A DNA stretch of 60,160 nucleotides, filler included, from Dimargaris cristalligena (GCA_003614675.1; 3 parts of 3 records of this genome joined end to end with filler, not necessarily neighbours in it), one strand, 5' to 3'; numbered from the whole stretch's first letter, positions 21,827 to 35,279 are shown. The notes: a model not told the origin generated them from the sequence alone. Numbers and translations are program-made.

Positions 21827-22722
21827 GGCTTATTGTTGACTAACTGCTGGAGGCGTCCAATTTCTGCCTTCAACTCAGCTGTCTCCTTAGCCTGGCGATC
21901 CTTTCGACGCCGAGTTTTACCACGATTGGTATTATTGGCAGTAGGCACTCCACCCTGGATAGCCGCGAGTACTGCAGCCACTAGGGACTCGGTGGATGGT
22001 AACCCAGTATCTCTGTTTCCCTTAGATAATTGATCGCGGAGTACCTGGGCAGACATACTATAACTGGATACAGTTTGAGTGGTGGCCTGGTTGGCTTGAC
22101 CATGGCCCGGGGCCGTTCGGAGGGCAGCTTGACGTGCCTGACTGGCCAATACTGCCTTAGCAATGGCCGTAAAACGTTTGGTCATATCACCAGCAGTATA
22201 ATTGGTAAATTCCCAGAGGTCATTAGGGGCCTGTACCAGGTGGGAATGAAACTCGGCTAATAGGGCCTTAGTAACCTGCGTACACCAATGACTAGTGCCT
22301 CCTAGTTGCCAGGCTGCGTCGGTAGCAATGGTGCAGGCCACATGGATGTTCTTCCCCTTGAAGAGGGTTCCTGCGTGGAGTGCGGCATCATAGTGTTCTG
22401 CCCATTGGGAGGCTGGGTAGGTGGTCACCATGAAAGGCTCAAAGTTCTCTTGGGTATCTTTGCCGGCCTTGATAATTAAATCGCGGATGTCATCATGGAG
22501 TAGGGCGATTGTCAGGCGGAATTGGGCACCTTCACTCATTTGAGGATAGTAGTCGTGAACGGTGGCAAGGAGAGACTGTTTCCAGGATTCCCAGGTAGGG
22601 CCGGGTGGTTTGCCAGTGAAGGGCTTGATATTCTTGAGGAGAGTATCAAGGGCGCCAGAGGGAAGACCATGTTGAGGGATAAGAGGGACGTCAGCTGGCT
22701 TGTTCTGGGAGGGCGGATCCAT
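21814..22722 (-). CDS. gag: Retrotransposon gag-like protein (302 aa)
   Basis: The ORF lies immediately upstream of pol, with IKPFTGK..WESW near the N-terminus and a basic C-terminus (KTRRRKDRQ). The call is mainly positional. Confidence 0.75.
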   Translation of the reverse strand: MDPPSQNKPADVPLIPQHGLPSGALDTLLKNIKPFTGKPPGPTWESWKQSLLATVHDYYPQMSEGAQFRLTIALLHDDIRDLIIKAGKDTQENFEPFMVTTYPASQWAEHYDAALHAGTLFKGKNIHVACTIATDAAWQLGGTSHWCTQVTKALLAEFHSHLVQAPNDLWEFTNYTAGDMTKRFTAIAKAVLASQARQAALRTAPGHGQANQATTQTVSSYSMSAQVLRDQLSKGNRDTGLPSTESLVAAVLAAIQGGVPTANNTNRGKTRRRKDRQAKETAELKAEIGRLQQLVNNKPGKA

Positions 22723-22741
22723 AGTTTAGAAAATATAATAG

Positions 22742-23100
22742 GTCTTTAAATAAAAATTTTGTAACCTAGTGCCGAGTAGGGCAGGATGAAGAGTGAAGAA
22801 GACGGCGCTGAGTGGAGCGGGGTAGATGCGAAATAACTGTAGGCGTATTAGTAAATAATAGTATTTTATTTAAAGACATAGAATCCTGGTCCGCTGGGCG
22901 GGTGGCTAGTTTTATCCCTCTGGGGCGGGGTGTAGTTCTTGTGTCGACGAGAGAGGGTCGTCCTCCTCCATTAGGGGGATAGATTGGACCCCCATGTACA
23001 TCGGTGGGTTATCCTCCTGAAGGGGGGTATGATTGGTTCGGTCGTCCTCCTGATTATTCAGGTCGGAGTTTCCCCTTGGTTGCAGTACGAAATGTAGAGG
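22742..23100 (-). mobile_element. 5' LTR (R-U5 end) and primer-binding region of the gag-pol element
   Basis: The minus strand ends ..GGTTACA at 22760, 38 nt upstream of the gag ATG. The adjacent PBS position is complementary to 22864-22877. Short GGAGGA(C/T) repeats lie in the putative U3. The outer LTR boundary was not found. Confidence 0.6.
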
Positions 23101-26100
23101 GGTTGCACCTTTTCCCCTCAAATATATTACCCGTTGTATATTGAGAATGAACCTCTCCCATATGTTATGTATAGAACTATAATTGTATGGATTGAAATAT
23201 ACTAACATTCCTTATTTTGGTTCTTTTATAATGGTTTAATATTTAGAAGGCTCTTTCAAAGACCCGAAGGCGGATAGGTAGGACATAGTAAATAAATAGG
23301 GAAATATACTCTCTATACAGAAGCAAACTGAGCCCCGCCTCGGGCTATGGTAAGACTGGAATTCAAATTCGAATGGGTGCCTTAGTGGGAGGCTGGTTTT
23401 GGGACTCGGACAAGTTAACCTCAACAAATGGGCTCTTGAATTAGCCACCCTTTACTGTTGTAAGGGTATATATATATCAATGTGGCCATGAACGGGCTCC
23501 TTCGCTGTGGGCCTGCAGTTTTAAGGCAAGTACTTCATCGACACTTTTTGGGATAATCTGGTACTGGTACAGATTTGCTAGATTCTGTTTTATAGTCACC
23601 CCCACCCTCCTCTGTATGGGCTTGTAGGATGCGCACCTAAATATATCCTTTTATCCGGCATATATTATATTCGCACTATAACAAGCCATTTTACCAATGC
23701 GGCGGCCTGTACAACAATCAGGCAAATGTAAGAATCTGCACCCGTCCGTGGTCATCAAAACCAACTGCTCCCGCCCCCACTCCCTAGTCCAGGCCGAAGG
23801 CACACCTTTCCTTTGTAATTGCTCTACCTATAAGCACATATACCGCGGTCCCGTAAACCCCCCAGTTTTCCCATAATAACACAATTCCTTTCGGTTATGT
23901 ACAGGCGAGCCTTACTAGAAGACAGTGACCAAGTTTCTGATAACCCCTCAAAAGAACAGTACCCCAACTAGGTCCAAATGGCCGGAAGAGGGAATATTAG
24001 TGACATACGTTAGTTCAAAGCAGAGGTTCGGTCAAGATAAACTATGCTACGGGATTAATTAGTTCAAAGCAAAAGACTAGGGTGTTGATATTTCGAAAAC
24101 GACACTTTATGTTGGGGTGTGAGGGAGGAGTAATATAAAGTGAAACCACTGCCATATAGCCACCGATCATTTTTGAATGTATGGGTTCGCAGGTTGAGCT
24201 GCTGGATACACCTATGGGTGAGGTGTAACGAAGAAGTTATGAGTGTCAGCGAAGTAGAGGGGAAGCCAGACCCAACTGTGGGCAACGGTGTTGCGTGTAA
24301 TACCAACAAAAAAAGGGGAGACGGATATATGTACTGCCGCTGGGTTCCGGCCTTACGGCGGCAGGTTTAGTGAAGCGACTGGGGACTGCAGGCTCCTTTT
24401 CAGGGCGACCTGGCGTCAGAGGGGGCAGCCCCTGTCCGACAGATAGGGTAATTGGATGGATTAAACGAAGTATGGTCAAGTTTGGACAGTAGCAATTAAA
24501 ATAATCAAAGAATTGAATAGACAAGGAGATAATTATATATTTTTACTAATAATATATGAGTGAAGTCCGGCCCAGCTGGATAATGGTTTAAATGATAAGC
24601 ATATGGGGAAAATTTTGGGAGATTTAGTTTTAACCAGTGATTTTTGCTTCATCCAACGGATTTCTCATTTTACAGTTCGGTTGAATCTCTCCCATATTCC
24701 GATGATTTACCCCCGACCTGCCAAATACCGATCAGGTCAGGAAATCGCACTGGACCATCGACACGGAACATTGAAGTCAATTGTACGCAACTGTACCAAT
24801 ACAATCAGCTCTAGTAACTCACTGCCGTTGTCCCATTTTCTGTAGTCCACTAACGGAGAATAATTACCAATACGGCATTGGTTTCTACCATATCTCCGCA
24901 TTCGTTGGCACCCCCCCTGTCACACCACTAGCTCCCCGCGCCCTTTGGTTACTTGGCTAGCCTTAATATGCATCCCCATCTATACGCTGGCATGATCCAC
25001 TCAGGGCACAGGCCGCCCGGAATATTGTGGGTTCTATTTGATAACCGAATTACGAATGTCCATATGAATTGCAGCTACGGAAAGTCATACTTCGATGCTA
25101 AAAGAGGTATAGCCAGTGTTTCGCCCTAATATTTGAAGCAAAGGGCACATTAATCTTCCTAGATTGCTGGTTCATCCTAATCGTTATTGCTGCTGGCAAA
25201 TCAGAAAGTTTGGAGGATGAGGGGCCACAGGCGTGGATGCCTTGAGTGATTAGATTGGAGATACACACCGGTGGTGAGGATAATACACCAAGGGGAGCAG
25301 CCAATCGGGATTGAGCCAATTGGCTAATAAATGTTGAAGTTGCTAGTCTTCGCATGGCCGTCCTGGGGGAGGTGGTGTTCGTGAGAAGCACAATTTATTA
25401 GAATCGAGATGGGTTGCAGTAGTCATTCACATAATATAAATACATATATGTAAACCCTACAGATGTAAAATGCGACCTTGTATACATTCCTCGGTGGAAT
25501 TTAGGGGAAACCCCCCGCGCTACATTGCTTAGTGAGCCATAATGTTCACGCAAATGTGTCGGCTGATCGAGGGAAAAGGAAATGCCGGTTCCCAAAATGG
25601 ACCATGCCTCTATTTCGCTCAACCGAGGATCCCTTCCCGACAATCAGAATAATTTGGCAGCTTGATTTGATTGCTGGTACTCTCGCCATGTACAGCTGCA
25701 TGGTTTATGGATAGTCCAACACACTAACGTGATAGAAGGACCGGCGATCAGATCTTTAGGGAATACAAGATTCCGCCATCCTTGTGTATAATAGTATCTG
25801 GCCAGTTCTACTTACATTTGCTACGGGCTATTTTACTATCTCTCCCCTCGCATTATGGCTGACATTTTATTCCACAACCCATGGACCAACAGTTGTCATT
25901 TCCCCACCATATTACGTTCCGGCTTCTGAGACAACCTTAGTTGGCCCTTTTCGGTCCAAACCCACACCCTGGACTCAATTAATGAGCAATCCACAGACTC
26001 CCCTTCGATGGAAGTGTAACTATGTATTAATAGTAATAAAAAATGACCATGGCTGGCTCTAGTCCTAATGAACTAGGTCGACTCCGTCTACAACCCCAAT

Positions 26101-27654
26101 AAATAATCACTGAGGTACATGCCCGTATATGGTTTAATTTCTGATGTGGCGGTCTGTACCAAAGTGAATAAGGTGAATAATGTATTATGTTTTTTAGAGA
26201 GCCTCAAATATCCGCTTCCACGTCCTGGTGGTAAATACAAGAACGCTAAACTTCTTTAGCTGGTAACTCTGTTGTAGCCTGGATGTTTTTGGATGAAAAA
26301 ACTATAAATCAGCCAATCGGGAATTCTTCATATATCTATTTTTTTTTAATTCCCAGCCGAAAGGCACTTTTGCATGGCCTATATGTCCAGCTGCAAATGC
26401 AGACAAGGGGTAAGTGACGCCGACCTGAAGGAGTAAGTGGAATTAATCCGGAAATATCGAGTATGCAGCACAGTTGTGTACATACGCCTCTGAGCCCTCA
26501 ATGGCCCAGTTGATCAAGCACAGCCGTGTACCCTGCCTGACCTTCCGAATCCGTATGGCGGTGGAATAATAAAAATAAACATCCGATAAATTCACTGACC
26601 ATTTTGGTGGACCCTATAACTCTGCAGAGCTCATGCTTAATGGAACAACACACGCCTACACAGTGTGTACGCCAACCGGATATAGCGTTTAATCGCTTAA
26701 ATCTGTCCCCGTCCCTCTCTCCAGCAATCCCTTGGCTTTAATTGCTGTATTTAAGAGTATGCAATGTTTGTGATTTCGCGAACTATAGATATATATATAT
26801 ATTCAATGCAGTAAATGCCAGAGTAGTACCCACTTAAATGCAAGCAGCGTATAGGGATGACTGGACCTGACTTTTGAGGTGGCTGCTTATGAAAAATAGG
26901 CATGTTTGGGAGTAATAGGATTGGACTGTACCACGCTGTTACTGCAACTTCCTACAAAGGGAGAGTAGTAGTATCATTTTTTATATATATAGTAACTAAA
27001 AAATAAACAAGCGGAATATTGACCTAAATTTAGGCGAATTTCACCGCTGGCGTATAGGATGTTCAACAAGGTGTATCCGAAAAAAATCTAAGGAAAAGTC
27101 CATTTCTGGTTAGTGAAACCCTGTTATACAGTAGGGCTGAACCTTTCCCATATAGAGTTACTGTGAGGACCAAGTGTTCAGTCGTAGATAGCTTCGCTTG
27201 TTGTGGAGAAGCGGACTAGTCTGGTGAGTAAAAATAAGCGGCAGGTAGTACAGGGGTGGATTAAGCAAGGGATAGCGGAAATAACGACCCAACGGAAGCT
27301 GTTACAGCCGGCGTACAAGAGTAACCTCATCCCTCCTCTGTAGGTAGGGGAGATTCTCCCTCCGGGTAGAAATTGTATGGCATCCCTTACCTCCACCTCT
27401 GTTTTTTCTATTATCACTCGATAATGCCATCCGTTTCCTGCATTAGGCTAGTATAGTATTACGGAGTTATGGACCCCCCTCGTTTACTCCCCCTGATCTA
27501 ATACCATACATCCCCCTATAACTATATAGTTAGACCCCTTCGCACAGACGATAAACTCACTACTGTTCTATTTTATTTTTGATATTCGATATTCCCCCGT
27601 CCCAGCCATTTGTTTTGCCGGCTGACTGCTTAGTGCGTTGACAACCATACCAAC

Positions 27655-29343
27655 ATGGCCTTCCACAGTCTAGTTACCGCTGGTTTTCTTGGACTCTACG
27701 CCTGTACTTTTCCCCAGAATGGGCAAGTAGAAGCAGCACTGCCGCACACCCATTATGGGGTGGCGCCGGAGGCCTTGGCGAGTGTGGCTAATAATTGGGA
27801 AGTTCCCGCCCGGCATTACCGACGGGGTCTCACATACAAGCACTATTTCGACGACAGCGATGACGAGACCTCATTTCCGGTAAGTTAGTTGGCAAGATAT
27901 GGTGGAACTTACTCGATTAGTTTTTATGAAGACGGCTGGGTGAAAAATAAAATTGCCCACTGGTGCGGGCCCTGCACTCGTTCTCCCTGGAGGGATGGCG
28001 TGACTACAGCTTTTGAGGGGGGATTAAAGAGGAGCCATTAACATTATAACAGGGCCAGACTCAGTTCACTGGGGAAACCCCACTAACCAATCATCACCAT
28101 TCCTCTATATCTTTACACTACTCTTTGCATTATAATTATAATTATAATTATTACGTTTCTACAGAGTTCTTCAGCAGCGCTTGCTCCCCCCATCCCTGCC
28201 GCAGTGGTAGTTTCCCATGAATGGGTTAGTGGCGGCCCATTCCCCACCACGGTATACCCCGACTACGATGAAGACTTCTACCATCTTTTCCGAATGCAAA
28301 CCCAGGCTATATTAACCAAAAACATCATCCGCCAGTTGGAAATGGCGCGAGGCATTAACTTGATTAGAGAGGTCGCAAATAACATCGCGGTTAGCCAGGA
28401 AGGGGAAGAGCGATTAATGGAGCAGCAGTTGAAGGAGTATGACGCTAAAAATTCGGTTAAGTTTTTGGTCTACCAACAGCTGGGACCTGAAGACCGTCGC
28501 CGGATTTTTCCAGCGTTGGACTTAATTGCCCGCGATTCCTGGAACGGTATCTTAACCGGCTGGTTGAATGATCTCATTGTTCACTCGGACGGCCTGCGAA
28601 CCTACACCAAGGCCGCGGTGGAGCGAGCCTATCCGGGCTACTTACTACCACCGTTGGTAGGATCTCCTGCCCCGGGCCTATCCGATGACATACAACCCCT
28701 GGTGGAGCCAAACTACCTGGTGGGTCCGCAATTTTCCCGGACTTGGCTTACTTCCGTCATCGCCGCCTTTATCGAAGAAGATAAAAGTCATGCCCTATAT
28801 GATTTCCTGAGTCACCTGAACCAGTTGTTCGCTATGTCAGCTGATCGGATGATTGCGGCTACCGAGCGTGGTAGTCCGTCCGTGGTTAGGGACGGGGGCC
28901 TAATCACTCATCTTACGTGGGTGGCCTGGGTGTTTATTGCTGAGCGATACTATGAGCCTGCATCAGCATCCGCATCATCAGCAGCATCTTCCACGCAATC
29001 GAACGGGGGGCTGCCCGTCGCGCATCAAGGGCCCATGGCCAACCTGTACCGTGACATGGTGGGCCATGAGGGGTTTATCCTGTCCGAACTGGCCATTTGT
29101 GTCGCGGATAAAGAAATGACCAACGCCGGTGCGTATATAAGCCACCTTCTCGACCAGCAGCCGAACCCCCCGGCCGGTAGGGGTAGAGTGAGGAGACATG
29201 CCGTACCATCTTGTCCGGAACTTTTCCAAATTAGCGCTGAAGTCGTCCTGAAACGCCCAATGGGGTCCTTGGCGATTATGGTGGACTCTCGGTTTGCCGA
29301 GTCTCTAGCTGAAGGGCAGTTGGTCTATACTACAGATGTCTAG
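27655..29343 (+). CDS. Predicted secreted protein of unknown function, about 467 aa, 2 exons (27655-27879, 28165-29343)
   Basis: Signal-peptide-like N-terminus MAFHSLVTAGFLGLYACTF..VEA. A phase-0 intron GTAAGT..CTACAG joins the two ORFs in frame. No known domain was recognised. Confidence 0.75.
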
Positions 29344-32177
29344 AGTCAACAATCAACTACCACCACCTATTCCGTTCTCTCTCTGTGGGCTAATGCCTCG
29401 CAGCTATGGCGACCGTGGATATTTAATTTCATCTTTATATTCTTGAGAAAGTAAAAATAAAAACCGACCCCTAATATATATCAGAACTTGGCATTCTTCA
29501 TAATGAATGGAACCAGGCCTCTATGTTCCAGTGGCTTATATTTGCACGATTGGCCAATGTGTGGAAATGGGGATACACGGATTGCTCGGATAGTTTTGCT
29601 CGTTAACCTCCTGAACTACATTGACACATTCCCAACTCGAGACCAAAATCTATTTTTCACAACATAGTACATATAGATTAGCATACTACTGGTTTTGGTT
29701 GGCACGCCCTCCATTTCTAGACTTAATATTGGATAATGCTAGTTGCTGAAGAGCGTAGAATAGGGCTTTATTGATAAAGGGACAATATTACGAATACCTA
29801 TGTTTAGCGGTTCCTAAACCGCTGGAGTCGGAGGAAAGTCACAGGAAAACTAAGGCCAGTAGCAAAAGCACTATGAACCTGTGAACAAGGTTGACACAAT
29901 CGGTCAAGCCACAGCTGAGATGGAAATATTACAGCATTCAATAGTCAAGACACGGGAAGAAAAGGAGGCAGAAGCCACGCCGGCTAATTTCTGGGAAAAT
30001 CCCCCTAAGTTGCATCGAGACAAACATAATACCCAAACCAGTGAAAGACAGGTGCAATATAGTTGAATAATATCTAGAATACTTACCTGAATAGACCAGT
30101 TGGCTGAGTAACTCACCTGTGCCCAGGCTGGACCTAGTAGTTACTCAACAGCCCCCGCCTGGGAGTGCTCGAAATCCACAATTTCCTACTCAGTCGGTAG
30201 TCATACGAGACACTACACCCAACTACTTTTCGCCCAACGCCGGGAACAGTCAATAAACCTGCCAATCCTTTAAATCATGCGGTTGAGGGTCTCGGTATTT
30301 GTATTCTATAGCAACCCTAGTTATATACCAAACAATACATACCAAAAGAAACGCTCATACAGAAGTTAGTCGTCAGTACAAATAAGCGAATAGAAGAGCG
30401 GAAACGGTAGCCAGGGTGAATGGCAATACAGATCCCAGCAAAGCCAGCGGGTAATTTCAGAATATCGGGATAATCAGGACGGCAATAACTGGTACAAGAC
30501 CCAATTACCATCCTAATATCCAGAAAATAACAGCAACCCCAAGCACAGTTGAAAGTCGGGGCGGCGCTATAGTGATATTGTTTCCAATCCCCCAGTAGCA
30601 CAGTGGTCGGCCATAACCACGGTTCCCGTTGTTGAGCTTATACGCATGTCGGTGTCACTTAAACAAGGCCCAGGAATGACCAAAAGCCTGTCTAAAACAA
30701 AATGTAGGTGCCTGCCTTTACCGCGCGGCACTTGCCCATAGTGCATCCGATAGAGAAGTAATCCAGAGTAGCCGACAATACAATCAAAGATGCAGGGATC
30801 CAAAGCAAAAAAGGCTCAGAATAATGGCACAATTACAGGTAGTAATCGCGCCCCTAGAGCACCTCAGCCCGAATCCCCTCCAGCTTGTTCTCGTATGTCA
30901 CCCAAGGATAAATCTCGCATCTGATTCCAGGCCCTTCTACAATTTACAATACAGTAAACGGAAGGACCTTGGGGATGGAACGCGTGATCTAGAATTTAAT
31001 AAGCCCTTTGGAGAGTAAACAAGAAATACCGCTACTGTGGGCTAACCAAGGGAAGGTAGAGAAGGCAATAACCATCGCCGCCGTCACCCTATAAGCCGCC
31101 TATGGTAGTGGTGCATTGCTTTAGTTCGTCCATTTAATGTTCCCCCACCCATCTTCCCATTTAAAAACAACCTATTGAGAAGCGTAGACCAGCAATAGTA
31201 CCGGCCCGCTTAAGGCTGCGGGATGCCTTTTAAAAGGGGGGGAGGGGACGTTGGGTCGGGGGCCGACGGGGCAGTCGGTGACGGAACAAATCCGCACCTC
31301 CTAACTGGTCTGCCCCTTTACCTTCATCCCACTTGCTATCCGTTATGCCTTACAGTTCACTTCGACGACAATGTGCGCAGCGGGGAGGAGGAGAGCTAAA
31401 GGTAACCTCTATCCCTTCCCACCCCATCTACATTTAATTGTGCGTCGCCACCAGATGAACACTTGCGATGTAGAAACCAAGATTAATAACGCATGGGGGA
31501 AGGGAGGGTCGTCTTCGGAAGGATTAAAACAGAAGCGGTAAGACACCCTTCCCCTCACTTTCGACCCGACATACGGCTCAGCGAAACGGAGGGCCGCGAT
31601 AAGTTAGGGACGGGGTACGCCCCCGCAACCATGGGAAGCGGGCTGGGTGATGGTCAACATCAATTATAGCGCCCACCACGCGACTTCAACGCCTGTGCTT
31701 GGAGAAGCATGTCCATCATCATAAGAATGGCCAGACAGTGGGAGGACAGAAAGCTATAGAATAAACTCACCTGAAAGCGCAGCTGGCCCTGCGGAAGGGG
31801 TTAAGTGTTCGAAAGGGCGGAAGGTGGGACGAAGGTGGCTAGATTCAAGAACGAAAGACATCAAAGAATGGACAGAGTAAGAGCAAGGAATGGCATGAAA
31901 TAGGGAGCAGCTCGGCATCATAGACTGAGCAACCACCGGATGTGCATATTCCTGCGGTTTTTCGGAGTGAGTTAAGAGGGGGAGGGAGCTGAATGTCTAA
32001 TAATATACGCCCCATATTGGTGTGTGCCTTTTCCAATGGCGGCTGTGTTGTAAACGCACTTTGTTTACGAGGAGGGGGGGGATCTGTTGAAAGCGACTTC
32101 GGCGCCTTTTAGTCCAATGCCTAAAACCTGGTCTGCTTCTTCCGCCTTTTAATACCTTTCAACTTCCTCGCTATCAT

Positions 32178-32180
<3 letters not shown>

Positions 32181-32208
<28 letters not shown>
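32181..32208. repeat. (AT)n microsatellite upstream of NOSIP
   Basis: Visible AT dinucleotide run. Confidence 0.9.
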
Positions 32209-32211
<3 letters not shown>

Positions 32212-32251
32212 AATTGCCATTTTACCTTCTATTATAACGACGATCACCACC

Positions 32252-33580
32252 ATGCCCCGTCATTCGAAAAACAACACGGCGCTAGGGTTCTTCACCTACG
32301 CCGAACGGCGCATGACCAACTACGGTACCAAAAAACAGCGTCTAGGCACGGAAGGTAAACGGGCCTTTGACGCCTGCTATCTTTGCCAGCGGCGGGCCCG
32401 GGACCCCCTCTGCTGTCCCGATGGCGGACATTTAGCCTGCAAGGAATGCTTTTATGAGCACATTTTGACCCAAAAGCAGGAGATCGCCCGGCAGCAGCGG
32501 CGGTATGACGCGCAGGTCGAGGCAAAGGCTCGGGTGGAGCGGGACCAGGCGGCTAAGGCGGAGGCCCAGCGGTTAGCCGAATTTGAGCAGGCGGAGACTC
32601 GGGTACTGCACTACCGTTCGCGTTCCAATCCACCCACCGCCACCACCACTACTACATCCGCTCTACCCACCCTCTCGTCGGTCAAGCGGATACGGGAAAC
32701 CGAGGAGGTGGAATCCCCGAAACCTTCGACCCTCAAAGAACGGCTGGCCGCCGCCAAGCAGCGTGGCCAGAACCAACAGCAAGTGGTCTCGACCCACCAC
32801 CCCAAGGATCAGGGCAGCTCTACACGTACAACAACAACAATGACAACGACGGCCTCGTCTAAACCCTCCCCCAAACAATTACCCAGCTTCTGGCTTCCGT
32901 CCCTCACACCCGAAACGAGCGAAGGTCCCTTAGTATCCCCGGTGAACCTACATCCAATGTGTACGGCCACGGATACCCCGCACCGGATTAGTCTGAAAAA
33001 ACTGGTACCGGTCCATTTCACCCGGCCCAAGACCTCGGCATCTACCACGGTGATGAATACGATAGAACCGGGAAGCCACCAGCCCCCCACGACGGAATTG
33101 GACTCGCCAGGACTCGATCAGAGTGGAAGCGACGGAGCTATTTGTCCGGCCTGTCTCAAGAGTATACACAACGGAACTCGGCTGGCCCTGGTCCAAAGAT
33201 GCGGGCATGTATTTTGCGAACCGTGCATGGATCAGTTCGTCAGGAAATCGGGGACGTGCTTCGTATGCACCCAGAAATGCAGCGACGCGAAGGATATTAT
33301 CGAGCTTCACTATGAAGGTAAAGTACACTATTTTTCTCTGTCTCTCTCTCTCTCTCTCTGGGATTTTCTTTGGCAATCCCCTGACTCGGAAGGTTCTCTG
33401 ATTCGCCTGGAATAGGCCCTTTATTATTATTAGTTTTATTATATCAACGCCGAAATGCCCCGGTTGCTCATGCCTTATTGTGATTCATTTTATTTGGGTA
33501 ATTGTCCTTCACCAGGTACGGGTTACGTCGGCTCGGGAGGCGTTGTCGAAGCCACTCGTTATGACGTGTCACTGGGTTAG
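32252..33580 (+). CDS. NOSIP: NOSIP-like RING/U-box protein (exons 32252-33317, 33516-33580)
   Basis: N-terminus MPRHSKNNTALGFFTYAER..YGT..RLG..FDACYLC..RDP; LPSFWLPSLTP; C-terminal RING CPAC..CGHVFC..C..CFVC. The spliced end reads YEGTGYVGSGG. Confidence 0.9.
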
Positions 33581-34501
33581 AAGAGCGAAGGTGAGCACAG
33601 ACCGATTTCCAACAGGGACTAGGTGATACCGAGCGGATCTCTAATGATGCCAGAGGGCCGGCATAGTAAGGATGAACAGCCCAAATTTTTAAATAAAAAG
33701 GGAAGGCATAGTCCACTGTGTGTTTTGTAGGATGGTAATGCTCGGGGGGCTTTTTGGTGAGGGGTGGTGGATGATTAGGAGGAGATCCAATCACACCATC
33801 GGATTGGAAGAATGAATAGTCGCCCTCCTGGGAGACCAAAAGAGAGAGAGTCAGGCGCACAGGTCTGTTGGCAACCCTATTTTTGCCCTGGGAAACTGAC
33901 TGAGGCTGGCAAATTATCCGGGTTGGAAGAGAAAGAGGTGGCACCGCTGTTGATTATCCTATCCAGCCCAGAAGAACGACGACCCACCTAAGGTAGTTTG
34001 GCCGTAATTAGAAGGAAGTCGCGCGCCTTGTAAACATGCGGTAATTTGAAGTACGGGAGATCGAGAGGGATTACTAGTCTTACTAGCGTAGTATGGTATA
34101 GTTTGGCTGGCGGAGTGTTTTGAAGGCCAAAAAGACAGCGAGGGGGAATTAGCGCCGCGTGACCCTTCGTTGCCTGGTGATGATGGACTCTCTGGCTCTG
34201 CGCTGAGCAACTTCACCGTGTTGTTCCCCTGTCCCCTTTTCCTCGGCTGGGTGATATTATTTATTACCCACCCTCTCTCTCTCCTCTCTCCATACAGCCT
34301 AATCCACCGAGCCTAGTTTCCCTCTAAGCCCTGCTTTATCTTTAACTAGCCCATGTTTGTCCTGCCAGCCTTAAACAACCTCTCTTTCCTTCGGCTTCAC
34401 TTTTTGAGACTTATTTACTTGATACTATTGTCGCGAGTCCCTTGGCTTTGATTCCGCGACCTCTTTCTTTCTTTGCTAGTTTGACTTTACTTTACTTCAC
34501 C

Positions 34502-35232
34502 ATGCCTAGTGATGAACAGCAGCTGCCTTCCGATCCCGTGGGCTCTTCCCCCACCAAAGTAGTGGACAGCCACCAGGAGGGGGATACGACTACCGCCCCT
34601 ACCTGCTCCCTTAAACGCCGCCGCGACCCACTCGATAAAGCCACTTCGTCGGCTGAACCCGCCTCGCCTTCGGCGTCGTCCGCCACCTCTTCTTCTTCGT
34701 CGGCCCACGACGACGAGGAGGAGGCTGCCGAACGCTCCCCTTCCCCTTCCTCCACTAGCCCTCTATCAGCGGATCAGGGTGAGGCCGATTCCGTACACAG
34801 CTCTCCATCCAAGAAGGTGAAATTACAAACCCCCGATACCCCAGGCAGTCCCACCCCGGCCGCCACTACCGACAAGGCCGCCGGTGACCTTCCGGCAGAG
34901 AGTGACCAGGAAGAAGAGGCATCTCCCGATGCACCCAGCCCCTGCTCTGCCTCCACTGCTCCTCCTGCTACCACTACTTCTACTAGCGATGCCCCTACCA
35001 CCGCCGACGCCCCTACGCCCGCCGCGGCCACTACCATTACCTCCGACCCAGCCGTCACAACCGAAGCGGTAAGTTACTCAGCCCCGGTTTAGTAAGATCG
35101 GTTACTCCACCCTAAATGCCACTGTGCCACGCCTCCGGTGGTGCGGGGTACGGTCCTTCTTTCATTATTTCTTAACTCGGACTGTATGCGTTGTATTCAA
35201 TCCCCGGTTCCTACTCTTATATTCACCCCTCT

Positions 35233-35279
<47 letters not shown>

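Noticed and set aside
23500-27600. Several 60-100 aa ORFs in a long intergenic stretch
   Set aside because: No motifs, codon bias or coherent exon structure that I could support.
30078-30090. ATACTTACCTG matching the U1 snRNA 5' end
   Set aside because: No U1 stem-loops or Sm site were recognisable downstream. It is the reverse complement of a splice donor.
31600-31612. CCCTAAC as a possible telomerase RNA template
   Set aside because: Only 7 nt, without the alignment extension expected of a TTAGGG template.
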